The notes beneath the pieces are model-generated. The model was not told the DNA's origin. It saw only the letters and a list, made by a program, of their open reading frames with translations, and made no database searches. From contig DF237384.1 of assembly GCA_000708835.1 (NCBI GenBank), forward strand, positions 14,379-78,378: a stretch of DNA of 64,000 nt, given 5' to 3'. This document shows positions 39,301 through 49,706 of the stretch, piece by piece (positions within the stretch are counted from its first letter, which is position 1; every line of letters starts with the position of its first letter). The DNA comes from Klebsormidium nitens. Taxonomy: Eukaryota > Plantae > Klebsormidiophyceae. Made by a program: the position numbers and the translations under genes.

Positions 39301-42300
39301 GCAGGCTGCGGATAGGATTACTTCGTGGTGACTTGTTTCACGCACAAGAGGAGAGAATCCTGACTCGTTGGACATTGACCTGTACCCCGTCCTATATGAA
39401 AACTCTCAGCAGGTAGGTAGCTGCACTCATTTACTGCTTGAGGAGTTGTTAAGCGGTGGGACCAGAACCAGTTTGACCGTTGGTCACTGCTTCGAGCGGT
39501 GATGGACATCAAGTCTGAGTAGTTATGAGTACGAGCTGTAGATCGCGAGACAAGCTTCTACCTTGGAGTCCCAGCGGCTCACAAGCAAGCACTGTCTCCT
39601 CAATATAGCGGCCTCTTCTACCCTGTTTCAATACCGCAACCTCAGGAAGTCATGTCTGTATCTCCCGTCGCCAAAGTGTAGGGAAACCTTACGCCTAGGA
39701 GCTTTGCCAAACCTGCAGGTTTCTCGCGAGCCGCTAACGGCTGGCCGGTCTTTGGTGCCTGCGAGCGCCACCATAACGGTCCAGGCCGCGGGAGTGATCA
39801 GCCTGGACGTCAAAGTAGTGGGCAGCGCGAAACTGGACGGCCTGCTGCCATCCACGCAACTCCAGCTGCAGTGCTCTGCCAACGACGACACGAGTGTGAA
39901 GAAGAACAGCATCGCGTATTCCTGGGCCATCAAGTCAGACAGCGACCCCCGGGGCATCGACGATCTGGCCCCGGGGTATGACGACGGCAAGCGGAAGCTG
40001 CGTGTCAAGCCCAACAGCTTACTGGGCGGGCACGTGTACCAGCTGACGTGCGCGGGCGTCAGCACCGAGGGCGTAGGCGCGGCCGGCTTCGCGACTGTGT
40101 CGGTGAAGGTCTTGGGGGTGCCATCGGGAGGAAGCGTCAGCCTGCAGCGCTCGCAGGTGGGTGACTTCAGAAGGGTCTCCGGATCCAAGTCTTAATTGCC
40201 TTTTGAACGGCTGATTCCTCCATTTTAACGTGGCAGAGTGCTGTCGCTCGCCTTTGTATTTGGATTTATTTTAGTCCGGAGCTCACTTTTGTTTTGCTTG
40301 ATAATCTATAGTACAAATTATGGAGATGATTCCAACTTGGGAGCACTTAAGGTTTATACAGGTTGAACAGGGCCAACGCGCTGACCTCCTGGTTGTTCTC
40401 CCATGCTTGGCTGTTGATGTCCCTTCTTGTTAGCTGATAGACCGCCAACAGTAAGCAAAACAAGGCAAGGATTAAGGCGCAGGGTCCAGCGCTCCTCTCT
40501 TCAGATTAAGAAGAGACTTGACTTGCTCTGCAGTACCGATCAAAGTGGGGCAGGCACTCGGAGCACATGAGGCCGCAGATATACCTCTGCGGATGTCCAT
40601 CCTGTTGGAACCGAGAACAGATTCCAGCATACTCGAAACGATCACAGCATCATTCGTCAGCTTAGGCCGCGCTTCGCTTGCGAGTCACATTTGTCCTTTC
40701 CTCGCAGGCTGCTGACGTGGCGGCCAGCACGCAGTACACATTGAAGGCCGTTAATTTTGTGCCCAGCGACGACGCCCTTCCGGGCTACCTGCTGTACCAG
40801 TTCCGCTACAGCCTAAATGGCGGAACGGAACAGATCATCGTGGCCATGTCCACCGAGAACAAGGCCAAGTTTGTGCTACCGGCGGGCCAGATTGTTCTCT
40901 TGGCTTACGTCAGCAACCCCGGAACGCTGGCGTCAGTGCCTGGCGATCAGCCGCCAGGGTTCCGGTGAGCGAGGAGCCAACCAGGTTCATTGCTCATTAT
41001 CCAACGGGCAGGGTCGCTTGCTATGACCGGCACTTTGCAAAGCAATACTGACAACAATTTTCGTCGAAATATTGACCTTCACTCGCACCCTCGAACGTTT
41101 CCAATCTCTCAACGACAATTGTTTGACCTGCATCCGGTGATCTACTAGCTTATTGGTGCATCTGAATCCCTCTTTTTCTCGCCAAGCCGGTCGCTTTGAA
41201 ACTTCCTCATTCGTTATTCCGCGACCTTCAGGTACGCTTTCGAGCCGTTCAATGTCTCGAGCCCCTCGACAACAAGCAAACCCAAGCGGCGGAGCCTGCT
41301 CAGCACCGACTCGACATCGAACCTCGTCGCCTTGGGACGCGGGCTGCTCTCCTTCGACAGCGTCAACTACACGGCGGCGCAGGAGAGCTACGAGAGCGTT
41401 TTTCTGCCGGCGGCTTACCAGACCCCGGACTACGCGGCAGTGCTGTCGTGGGCCGCCTCTTGGGGCGCCACTTTCGCGCCCGCGGACGCTCTGACGCTGC
41501 CGTGCGGAGAAGGGGACCAGCAGATGATGCTCAACAAAGCGGACGTCCTCAAGATGATCGGCCACCTGGATCCCCTCAGCCCACCCGCCTTCTCACCGGG
41601 TGAGCACCCCGGTCGGCGGACCTCTGCATCTCGTTCCGGTTTCTCGTTCGAGCAGCGACCCGAGAGTATCGGTGACCAGACGTTTTGCTGCTTCACGCTT
41701 CTCTAACTCCGACAAATTGATGCCGTGGTGCAGCAGGTTCGGTTTTGCATGTTGTCCCAAACTATCTCGGCGCAAGATTCTGCTTTACCATAAGGCAAAG
41801 GCGTCTCCATATTGACCAATTGAGCGGCCCTCGAGATGGGGTAGCCTGTCAAATTAAGTTAACGTGTTTACAACATGACCATCAACTTTCCCCACAAGTC
41901 GGGACAGTCACATATTTCCTTCGCATAAGATAGACATTTAACCATCTTCTGGCCGCTGGTCAAAACCGGTTACGATCTCGCTTTCGTTGTTAGAGACAAG
42001 CAGCCCAGAAATGAGCATGCAAGCAGAAAGAGTCACAAAAGCACGCCGTTTCGATCGTTTACTGGCTGCTCTTCCTCGCCCGGACTTGAAGTCCCTCGCT
42101 GACGCCATGTCCTCTTTCCCTGACGTCAGGCGTGACGAGCAGCACCGGCGCCACCATTGCCAACCTCCACGCATGCGCGCTGACGTCACTCCTCCAGGTA
42201 GCCGACGAGGCCGACCTTTCCCTGGTCGTCTCCCCGAACCCCAATCCGCTCTCGGCGACCGTCGCCGAAACCGCGCCCGCGGTTCAAACCGCGCTCACCA

Positions 42301-45124
42301 CCTTCCTGAGCAAGCTCCAGCTAGTCGCGCTCCACGGGCTCGCCACGTCGCCCTGCGCTGGCGCAGGCGCGGCCGCGTGCGACAGCTATGCCTGCTTCCG
42401 CGGCGCAGCCGACGTGCTCCTGCGCGCGCTCGCGCTGCACTGCGGCCGCCCCATGGTGCCGCTGCGCTGGTGGCTTGATGTCGCAGCATATACCCCGCTC
42501 GCGCTGGCGCGCGTATACGCCCAGGACCCCTCGGTGTCAACAACTGGAAACGCTACAACGTTCTCGGCGACCACCTACGCGGGCGCTGCGGTGACGGCGT
42601 CGCCCAGTTCCACGCCTAGGGTGCAAGCAAGCGCCGGGGCGTTTGCGTTTGTTGCGGACGTGTCTGGTGCGGGTGACGTCAGTGCTTACTGTGTGGCGTA
42701 CGAGGACGGGCTGGACCTCGTCCCCGGGGCTCCGCCGTCGACGCTGAAGACCGCGGCGCTCTTCTTTGAGCAGGATCTAGGTAAGCACCGCGCAAAATGA
42801 GTTCGGCCCTTTTGTTCAACTCGTCCGAGGCGTTGCAGTTCAGGGAGAAGAGCTTTGGTTCTGAAAGGTTCGGGTATGAGCAGAGCTACAGCCTTCAAAC
42901 GACTGTTTTTTTGACAAAGAGCTCAAGAGCATTCACGCAACCTGAATGATCCTTCAAAAGGTTGCAAATTTTGATCCTTACCGAGCACCAACAGAGGGTA
43001 AGTCAAATAGAGTGCTTAACTAAGATATGCTCTTTCCGAGTATTCAAGAACCTCATGCATCTAGGGCGAGGTTTACAAACTGATATACGAGAGCAAATCT
43101 TACCGGATGGCTTAGTCCTTTCCGGTGACGAATCAGGTTTGTCTCGTCGACGCTTGTATATGGATTACTGTAAGAAAGAACTTACCTGAAAGCAAGCAAA
43201 TGTACTCGCTTCTACTGCGAGCTGATGCACAAACTCCAAAACTCGGTCCCATGTTTCAAAGCAGATTGAAGGGTCAAATTCAGACAAGATCTTGAGTGAG
43301 GCACGTGTAAGAAGATATCACAAACGACCTCAGCCTCACCGAAAGTTGCAGTGGATGTCGAACCCTCATCAATGCTCATTGACCCTGGCTCTTTCCGTCG
43401 CAGCTCCGTACGAGCCCTCGTCCGGGAGCCTCATCTTCACCGGCCTCAGCGCCCCGCCCCCCCGGCTCATCTACGCCGTTGACGTGTACCAAGCCAACGG
43501 CTGCGATATCTGGACGATGCCGCCTCTGGTTACGACCAGCTACACCACGTGCGTGTGGACGCCTGTCTCCACCAACCTGTCCGCACCGTACGACGCGGCT
43601 GCGTCCACCGCGACCGCGGCCGCCACCGTCTGGAACGCGGTCTACGTCCTACACACCATTCCGGCTCCGCTCCCCGTGACTTCCGTTTCCGTCACAGTTT
43701 TCAATCCCAGCTGGGACCAGCAGCCCACAATCGCTGCCACCACAGGGAGTCTGAGCGTATCGGCGACCACGGCGGGAACAAATGCTGGCGGCGGGTCGCC
43801 CCACGACCCTATCACGCTCATGGCGGTTTCTTACGCGGGCGGCGCTCAGCCCGTTCCGCCGTCCAGCCTTCCGGTGTCCGGCTCCGCCCCGATGGCCGCC
43901 GCGGCGGCTTTCTTCACCCAGGGTTTGGCTGGGGCATATCAACCGGCCTCTGGGGGGCTCACCTTCAGCGGCGTTCCGCCCCCTTGGAGCGGAACCGTAC
44001 ACGTTGTCGACTTCTACCGGGTGGCGAACTGTACGATCACTTCACCTCCGCTGACGTCAGAAGCTTACGGGGCATGCACATGGGTGGTTGCCGCGAGGGG
44101 GATCCCCGTCGCGCTTGCGGTTGCTCCGCAGACCGCCACTTTCTCACCCGCCCGCGGGTTATGGAACGGTGTTTACGTCCTGTACCTGGCAAACTCCAGT
44201 TCCGTTCCGCTGGTGCCGGATCCGTTACCCCCCGTGACGAGCACGGCGGTCACCGTGCTCCCTGCGATGAACAGCACGCTCGCTGCGCAGAGCGGCGCCG
44301 TCTCATTCTCCTGTGCGGCCTCCGGTTTGTTGGCGATAACCGGGTACGTGGCAAATTACCCAACGGCTGCCCAGGTGCCAATTCCGGACGGCCTGTTACC
44401 TCCCGCCTTGATTTCCGCCGCCGCTCTTTACCTGACCCAGGGACCTTCCAACAACCCCTATTTCCCGGGCTCAGGAGCGCTGCTGTTCAGCGGCGTTCCC
44501 GCACTTCAAGCAAGCTCCCAAACCCGGGTTCTCGACATAGCCGCCGGCTACCAAGCGCAGTACGTGGTGGACATCTTCGAGGTCGGCCCCGACTGCTCCC
44601 CGCAGATGCCCCCCGCCGGCCCGTCCGCCTTTGCGGGCTGCACGTGGTCCCTGGTTGCCGCCAACCGGTCGGTCCAGCACGACCCTGCCGCGCGTACCGC
44701 TATGGTCGCCCTGTCGAGCGCCACCCACCAGAACGGGGTGTATGTACTCCACGTTGCGGACGTTCCGCTGACCGCTGGGCCGACGCCGGACTCCGCCACG
44801 CCCACCCCGGCGCCTGGAGCGACCGGCTCACCCTCCTCGCCGCCCGCGCCAAGGCCACCCAACGGAACGGCCCCGAACGTCACACTGGCCCCGGGCGGTG
44901 CGCTTCCGACGACCGACAACGGAACCGGAAAGGGAACGGTCAGCGCTAGTGGGAGTACCGGCAAGACGACAATCATCATCGTGGGGGCAGTAATCATTGG
45001 GGTTCTCATCTTGGGCTCCGCGGCTGTTGCCGGTGTCCTCATCCAGAAAGCCGAGGGCCAGGTGCGCTATCGCCGCCGCCGGGCGCCAATCGCCGCTGTG
45101 GCAGGACCCTCTCAGCCGCAGTAG
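1..45124 (+). CDS. Giant multi-exon single-pass cell-surface protein (IPT/cadherin-like cassettes, filamin-like repeats, SP stalk, PKD/REJ-like region, TM); 5'-truncated, about 9,860 aa in window
   Basis: Exons: <1-315, 727-2121, 2552-3664, 4235-5338, 5781-6901, 7980-9110, 9480-10607, 10924-12045, 12620-13777, 14212-15342, 15750-16877, 17267-18400, 18845-19735, 20151-20402, 20686-21054, 21454-21546, 21863-22575, 23198-24315, 25056-25400, 25897-27198, 27684-29455, 30070-32163, 32332-32559, 32933-33195, 33691-35822, 36165-36372, 36722-37019, 37304-37812, 38097-38588, 38941-39285, 39719-40156, 40708-40964, 41232-41599, 42130-42780, 43404-45124 (TAG). All introns are GT-AG and phases match at every junction. 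Split motifs rejoin (R|DAYGN, T|YGN, DG|GTY, R|DAFGN). Many N-x-S/T sequons and paired Cys. Only defect is a 1-nt frameshift in exon 5. Confidence 0.88.
727..2121 (+). CDS. Cassette exon 2 (class B), spans the assembly gap
   Basis: ctaac branch point, cag| acceptor, g|gtgag donor; three-domain cassette; loop VSGNCWWCSPNYNRFQPAINA. Confidence 0.85.
1231..1374. other. Assembly gap (144 N) flanked by an exact 96-bp duplication (1135-1230 = 1375-1470)
   Basis: Identical flanks, typical of unmerged overlapping contig ends; collapsing 240 nt keeps the reading frame. Confidence 0.9.
2552..3664 (+). CDS. Cassette exon 3 (class C)
   Basis: tgcag| to t|gtaag, 1113 nt, phase 1-1; loop PALGNWMYGQQSAGPT. 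Confidence 0.88.
4235..5338 (+). CDS. Cassette exon 4 (class A)
   Basis: tgcag| to a|gtaag, 1104 nt, phase 1-1; loop LGPATWYNQWTFGTGV. Confidence 0.88.
5781..6901 (+). CDS. Cassette exon 5 (class B) with 1-nt frameshift at about 6066
   Basis: 1121 nt, not a multiple of 3. ORFs 5849-6154 and 6091-6996 are the two halves of one cassette; loop SAKAAYSSVGIARL. Confidence 0.8.
7980..9110 (+). CDS. Cassette exon 6 (class C)
   Basis: 1131 nt, phase 1-1; loop LGPVNWWDWWSNSNYGSGV. Confidence 0.88.
9480..10607 (+). CDS. Cassette exon 7 (class A)
   Basis: 1128 nt, phase 1-1; loop YLYSVPTVYSPGDWQWRQLWTV. Confidence 0.88.
10924..12045 (+). CDS. Cassette exon 8 (class B)
   Basis: 1122 nt, phase 1-1; loops SNMGRDGFWDV and YDWGWGCSLWC. 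Confidence 0.88.
12620..13777 (+). CDS. Cassette exon 9 (class C)
   Basis: 1158 nt, phase 1-1; loops SFAANYYWGWGSDSGSQF and YTQGCSSGWCGGGVLC. Confidence 0.88.
14212..15342 (+). CDS. Cassette exon 10 (class A)
   Basis: 1131 nt, phase 1-1; loop LGYPNWWNWGSYGTDA. Confidence 0.88.
15750..16877 (+). CDS. Cassette exon 11 (class B)
   Basis: 1128 nt, phase 1-1; loop LGSFRGYWEQWASFGAKA. Confidence 0.88.
17267..18400 (+). CDS. Cassette exon 12 (class C)
   Basis: 1134 nt, phase 1-1; loop LAAGSYGYSWYTAASTV. Confidence 0.88.
18845..21546 (+). CDS. Exons 13-16: divergent last cassette, Pro-rich hinge, two further IPT/TIG-like domains and a 93-nt Pro-rich exon
   Basis: YGPGLSSYG|GGIKLSV...YCQFD...LAISEDG.NF; ASFAPAMGSTAG..EV...PACKFG...ISCVGP...LAVSLNGQEW. 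All four exons are phase 1-1. Exon 16 (21454-21546) is the least certain. Confidence 0.75.
21863..26131 (+). CDS. First block of filamin/ABP280-like Ig repeats (about 7), exons 17-20
   Basis: Recurring AG...I.A.D..GN / D.GDGTY / AG.Y.I / GSPF motifs. Confidence 0.75.
26132..27100 (+). repeat. Ser/Pro-rich extensin-like (SP)n stalk, about 323 aa
   Basis: PSPSPSPS / SPSPSSSAAPSSSPSP low-complexity repeats inside exon 20; includes a 42-bp tandem unit (AQPSPSTSASPSTS), about 2.5 copies, at 26837-26940. Confidence 0.9.
27101..37019 (+). CDS. Second block of filamin-like Ig repeats (about 21), exons 20-27
   Basis: Recurring S.A.G.GL...AG...F.I...D.YGN and DN.DGTY motifs, e.g. SSASGPGLTQARAGVAANFTILTSDLYGN, AAGTGLAAGTAGAAASFTVTAKDAAGN. 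Confidence 0.8.
37304..40964 (+). CDS. PKD/REJ-like region (exons 28-32)
   Basis: VGVCDPVTLDASASSGSGGR, FQWQQLAGP, LTVPESALALGKDYTFQV, SVSIAGGSR..G....LTL.ASAADPD, LRVKPNSLLGGHVYQLTC, PSGGS...YQFRY. Resembles REJ-module motifs as I recall them. Confidence 0.65.
44972..45043 (+). other. Single transmembrane helix of the giant protein
   Basis: IIIVGAVIIGVLILGSAAVAGVLI, preceded by a Pro/Thr/Gly stalk and followed by a basic RYRRRR stop-transfer segment. Confidence 0.88.
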
Positions 45125-46161
45125 ATGTGGCCGCCTGCGAACAATTGTAAGATGGTCTCTTAGCAGACGATTCGATGCAGGCGGCGGCAACGTGACGCTC
45201 ATTTTGCGACTCTGCTCGTATAGTTCAGCATGCTCATTGTATTAGCTAAGCAAGTGTGTAACACTGAAGCCCCGAGCCAAGGCTATGGGCGCTAGAGTCC
45301 AGTTGGCTTGTGCTAAGCCGAGGTTGGACGAACAGCCACCATTTAGGATATCACCACCTCAATCAGGAAAGAAGCTCGACTTCATATCACGCTATCCGGC
45401 AGGCACGATGCAATTGTCGCTTGCAGATCCACGTCTTACACCTGGTTCTTTACCGTCAAACCGCATTTTGGCAATTTGCATATCAGCATTTCACTGATGC
45501 ATCAAGAACAGTGAAGCGCGGCGGCATAACATGCTACTTTGGAAATCTACTGAATGCATGTATGGTTCCGACAGCTCTACGAGCACACCCGTTCATATGC
45601 AGGTCGCAAATTAGACCGTAGTCGTTTCGTGTAAGCAACACTTGATTATGGACGCATTATGTTCTGACCGGCCCTTGATTTGAGTTAAGGATGCATTGTG
45701 CGAGTAAGTGTTCGGGTGCATGTGGCCATGCGTGCACGCTGGTGCCTTAACCGGATTCTGCAGTGTGTCGACTTGTGAGCGGCACCTTGGCCAGGGTCAC
45801 GAATTGGGTTCTGAATGCTCGTGCCCCAGCTACCAAGACAAGTACATGGTGTGCGCCACGCATGCCCTTTTGACGCACATGTCTGGGCGTCCAAGCGAGC
45901 GTTCTTCATCATCTCCTACCTGTACAACGGTTCATCAAGTGAAGCCTTTCTTGGAGTCTTCAAAACGGAAAAACTTGCTCAAACTCTTTGTTGTTGGTTC
46001 TATTCTTCCCGAAGAACCGTGGCTCCTCAAAGGAGCCGCACTAAAAAGCAAGGGCAGATTCCAACAACGCTGACTACAAACAGTGCAGCTTTCTTGCGTG
46101 CCCACCCCCGGGGCTTTCCGTGAGGAGCCTCACTTTGAAAGAGGCGCTGCCGTCCGCGGCC

Positions 46162-49100
46162 CTATATGGAGAACGGCCGGTTGAGGTCGAACATGCGGTC
46201 GCTGGAGAGCTGCGGGATCTGCGTGAGCCCCCCCCCACTGCTCGCCCCGAACACGCTGCCCAGCAGGCTGCCCAGCAGGCCGCCCCCCGTCAAAGCGGGG
46301 ATACCCCCCCCCGCCCCTAGTGACGCATTGGCGTCGCGGATGGCTTGCCGCATCGCCGCCAGAAGGGAGCCGTACGTTTGCGCCTGGTTGCGCTCGATGG
46401 CCTGGATGAACGAGTACGTCATCGCCCCCGTCGACACTGTGCCGCTGAACGCCTGCGCACGCAAGCACGAGGGGCCGCTCAGGGGGCTGCAGACAACGGC
46501 AGGCGACAGCAGGCGTGCGACACCCCAGCGGTAACGGAACAATTTGTCGCACTGGAAGCCACAATTCCTGCCAAAGGTGCCCAGTCACTGAGTAGCGTTG
46601 CGAGGGCGACTTTACCAGCCGAACGGTTCCTGTGGGAACAGAAGCTGCCCAACCTGGTAGCCTGTGACCTTCGTCCGGGGCAGAGGGGCTTGCAATCATA
46701 CTTCCGGATCTCCAACCATATTGAACGATCTCGAACCATATTGAACCGGGGCTGACAATCGGCTTTGAAAGGATGAGGTCAAACAGGATCCAGGGTAGCT
46801 TCGACTCCTGCTACATTCTACGAACTCTTCGAGCAAGGTTGGCTGAATTTCGGAACCCCAGGCAATGGAGGCCAGTCGCATTGGGGTACTCAAGAAAATC
46901 GTGTACGACAGCCTACTGAACGGGTTGTCGCCTGCAGCGGCGCTCACCGCGGTGTCGGCGGAGGTCTGCGCGTCCTCGCAGCCGCTGAAGCTGATGGCCT
47001 CGCCGCCGGCGGTGCCCTTGTACGTGCGCCCCATGCGCTGGTCCTCCCACGCCACCTGGTTGTACTGGTTGATCTGCGCGGCAGGGAGGCTCAGATGTGT
47101 AATCTTGCGGGCCTGCCATTCCTGTCTTACATGCCGTATCAGTCTTGTCCTCGTATGTCACACACTCCACACCGACAGATCGTCAGAGCAAGATACCTCC
47201 ACCACGGTTTGGTTCTGCACGAGCTGAACCCGTACGAACGACACCCACATCATTACTACATGGAAAAGGGCACATACGGAAATTCTCCCCTGTGTCAGCG
47301 GAGAATTCAGCTCTCAGGACTGACCCAGTCACTACCGACCGAGACCGGACCCCGTTCTGGTGCGCACCTGCGCGAGGAAGGGCAGGTCCAGGATGGTCCC
47401 CGAGTGGCACGCGTCCACGACCGCGTGCAGGCGCACCCCCGGCAGCAGCGGGTTCACGAGCGCGCGGTTCAGCTCGTCGTCCACGATCTGGCCGTTGCGC
47501 TCGAAGTCCACGGGGCAGATCGTCTCGTCGAAGCCGTCCACCTGTCAAGCAGGCGCACAGCCACCAGGCGTGAGCGGCAGGCCAGCCAGGCACAGGCGGC
47601 GGGGACAATCAAGGCAAGGCAGTCCGGCAGGCAGGCAGTGAACCTGGAGGTGACTCTGCGCTCGCTTGCACGTCCGGCACAAGGTCTGTGACGCCGTGCT
47701 GGGGCACAGCGGCGGAGCAGAGCGCGGTTGCCTGCGTACCTCCTCCCCCAGGCGGTTCCGTTGTTGACCCCCATGGCCTGCCACAGCAAAGCAGAAGCAT
47801 GATGAGCACGGATGAGCGGATCGTTTCCAAGGTCGTACAAAGCTTCGCAGTATTCCGAACACTCAGATTTGGCAAGACCTGGCTTGCGACTGGGTGAGAA
47901 ATATGCCGGACTTCATTTCCCCTGACAGAAGCTGGCGGAGCCATCCAAAAGTACGTTGCCAGAAGTGGACAGCCAATGCGGTGGTGGGTACATAAGCTTG
48001 CGCTCCTTGCACAACAGATCCCCTGTACTCTGATCAGGTCGAATGGCTACGCCAGCCTTTCGTGGGTTTTCAGGGTCGACCTCGGCGCCTCACCTGAGTA
48101 GTGGAAGACGAGGGAGTCTCCAGCTTGCTGCCCCTGGATGAGCCAGTAGAGCGCGGACATGATGTTGTAGCGGGTGGGGATGCGCAGCGGGTCGCGGTCC
48201 TCCTCTGCACAAGACAGCCGGCCCCCTCAGTGAGGGCTGCCCGGGCTAACAGGGGGTAGAAAGACCCGCCAAGCAATTGGGCTGTACCTGCCACAGTAAT
48301 GGAAAAAGCAGTGCCAGCCCACTGCCGGTTGACTCTGACTTCAGGAGTCAACAGAAGGAAAAAGATAAGCCATGCTATCCAAACTTGTCTTGTTGCCCAG
48401 GGGGAAGACAACTCTGGTGCATTGGCGGCCCACCTGTGAGCATGAGGATCTGCTCCTCCTTGAAGCCCAGCTTGTTGGTCAGCAAGTACTTCATGCACTG
48501 CGCGTCGTTGATGCACCCTGCACTCGCAGCAGCACGCCGTCAGAAGAAGAACCCCGCCTCAACTAAGGACAGCGCAAGGGAGCCAGCACGCGGCAAGGGG
48601 ACCAGGAACGTGGCGCAAGTGAGCAGCATGTCAAGACAGCCTGGCGGCCAGCTCGCCACCTCCTGTGACTGCCGTCCGGCTGGCACCACACCGCCGGCAG
48701 CGCTGGCGCTTCTTTTCTTAACAAAAGGTTGCCCCAGGGCAGCGGGGCGGAGGGGCTCACCTTTGAGATGATAGCGCTGGTTCAAGTACGAGATGCCACA
48801 GACCACGGCGCGCTTCTTGCCATGGAAGGAGGGCATGGACGGGGTGTACTGGCTGGGGTTTGGGGGGGGGAGGCTGGACGCGGGGATCTCAGGGCGCACA
48901 AAGGCACCCCCAGGAGGGCCAGCGCCGTAGCTCCCAGGCGGGGGCTGAAAGCCACCTGAGAAGGGAGGGGGGCCCTGGTAGCCGCCTTGAGGGGGGAATG
49001 GAGGGGGGCCTGGCAAGGAAGAGAAACCGTCATGAGGGATCACTCCAATCCATGACGGATCACTCCAATCAAAATCTACCCCCGTCCACAGGGCAATGTA

Positions 49101-49706
49101 ACAGCAATGATCATCACCGAAGATGGCCTTCACATTTTGAAAGCGCATTCGAAGATGGGGACTGCAGCAGAGATGTTTGTGTAACTCGTGCGAACACCGT
49201 TTAGGAGAGGTGATGTGTACTAGTTGCAAAAGCGGTGTTCTTGGCTGGAAAGGCATGTCTCAAAGTGATTGCGGGCTGCCTCAATTCATCACCAATTATT
49301 TTCAGACAGCTGTGCAACCCATGCTTCAGCAGGGCACTGAACATACCTCCCACATATGGCGCAGGCGGACCAAACCCGCCGCTGGGGCCAAACCCGCCAC
49401 TGGGGCTGGCCCCAGGGTACCCCCCTGCGGCGGGCTGTGCACTTTTGGCCGGTGCAATGCTGATGACGGTGCTGCAAACCACACACCTGCACACAGGTGG
49501 CCAAAACAATGCATAATTCGGGGGGATTGCAATGCACCACAAGCAGCGGAGGGTTCAAGTGAACATCCTGCCACCAGCTAATGACATGAACTGAGTGCAC
49601 ACCATAGCCTGGATGCTGGGGGCATTCCTTACTGTATTTTTTGTGCTCCAGGCGGCAGCTGAAGAGTCGTCCGGCACTTGGGGCAATCAATCAGATAACT
49701 CGCCAT
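46162..49706 (-). CDS. MC1: Type I metacaspase with LSD1-type zinc finger and Pro/Gly-rich prodomain, 428 aa
   Basis: Exons (-): 49706-49633, 49486-49347, 49009-48761, 48517-48434, 48204-48094, 47777-47740, 47541-47368, 47073-46948, 46452-46162. CPKC-x14-CVVC finger; KKRAVVCGISY..LKGCINDAQCM; FHYSGHG (catalytic His); DGFDETICPVD; DACHSGT (catalytic Cys); SGCED.QTSADT; GAMTYSFIQAIE. Confidence 0.95.

Noticed and set aside
43549-44949. 466-aa alternative-frame ORF, and similar long overlapping ORFs such as 4380-5252
   Set aside because: Arg/Pro/Gly-rich shadows of GC-rich exons with no recognisable motifs.
1-45124. Reading the many large + strand ORFs as separate tandem genes
   Set aside because: The ORF-track starts and ends are intron read-through. 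No cassette has its own signal peptide or anchor, and all junctions splice in matching phase to a single stop at 45124.
37304-45124. Calling the gene a polycystin-1 (PKD1) orthologue
   Set aside because: No recognisable GPS or PLAT domain and no multi-pass channel; only one TM.
45146-45261. TGTAA pentamers after the giant gene's stop as chlorophyte-type poly(A) signals
   Set aside because: A short motif that arises often by chance, and its use in this lineage is uncertain.
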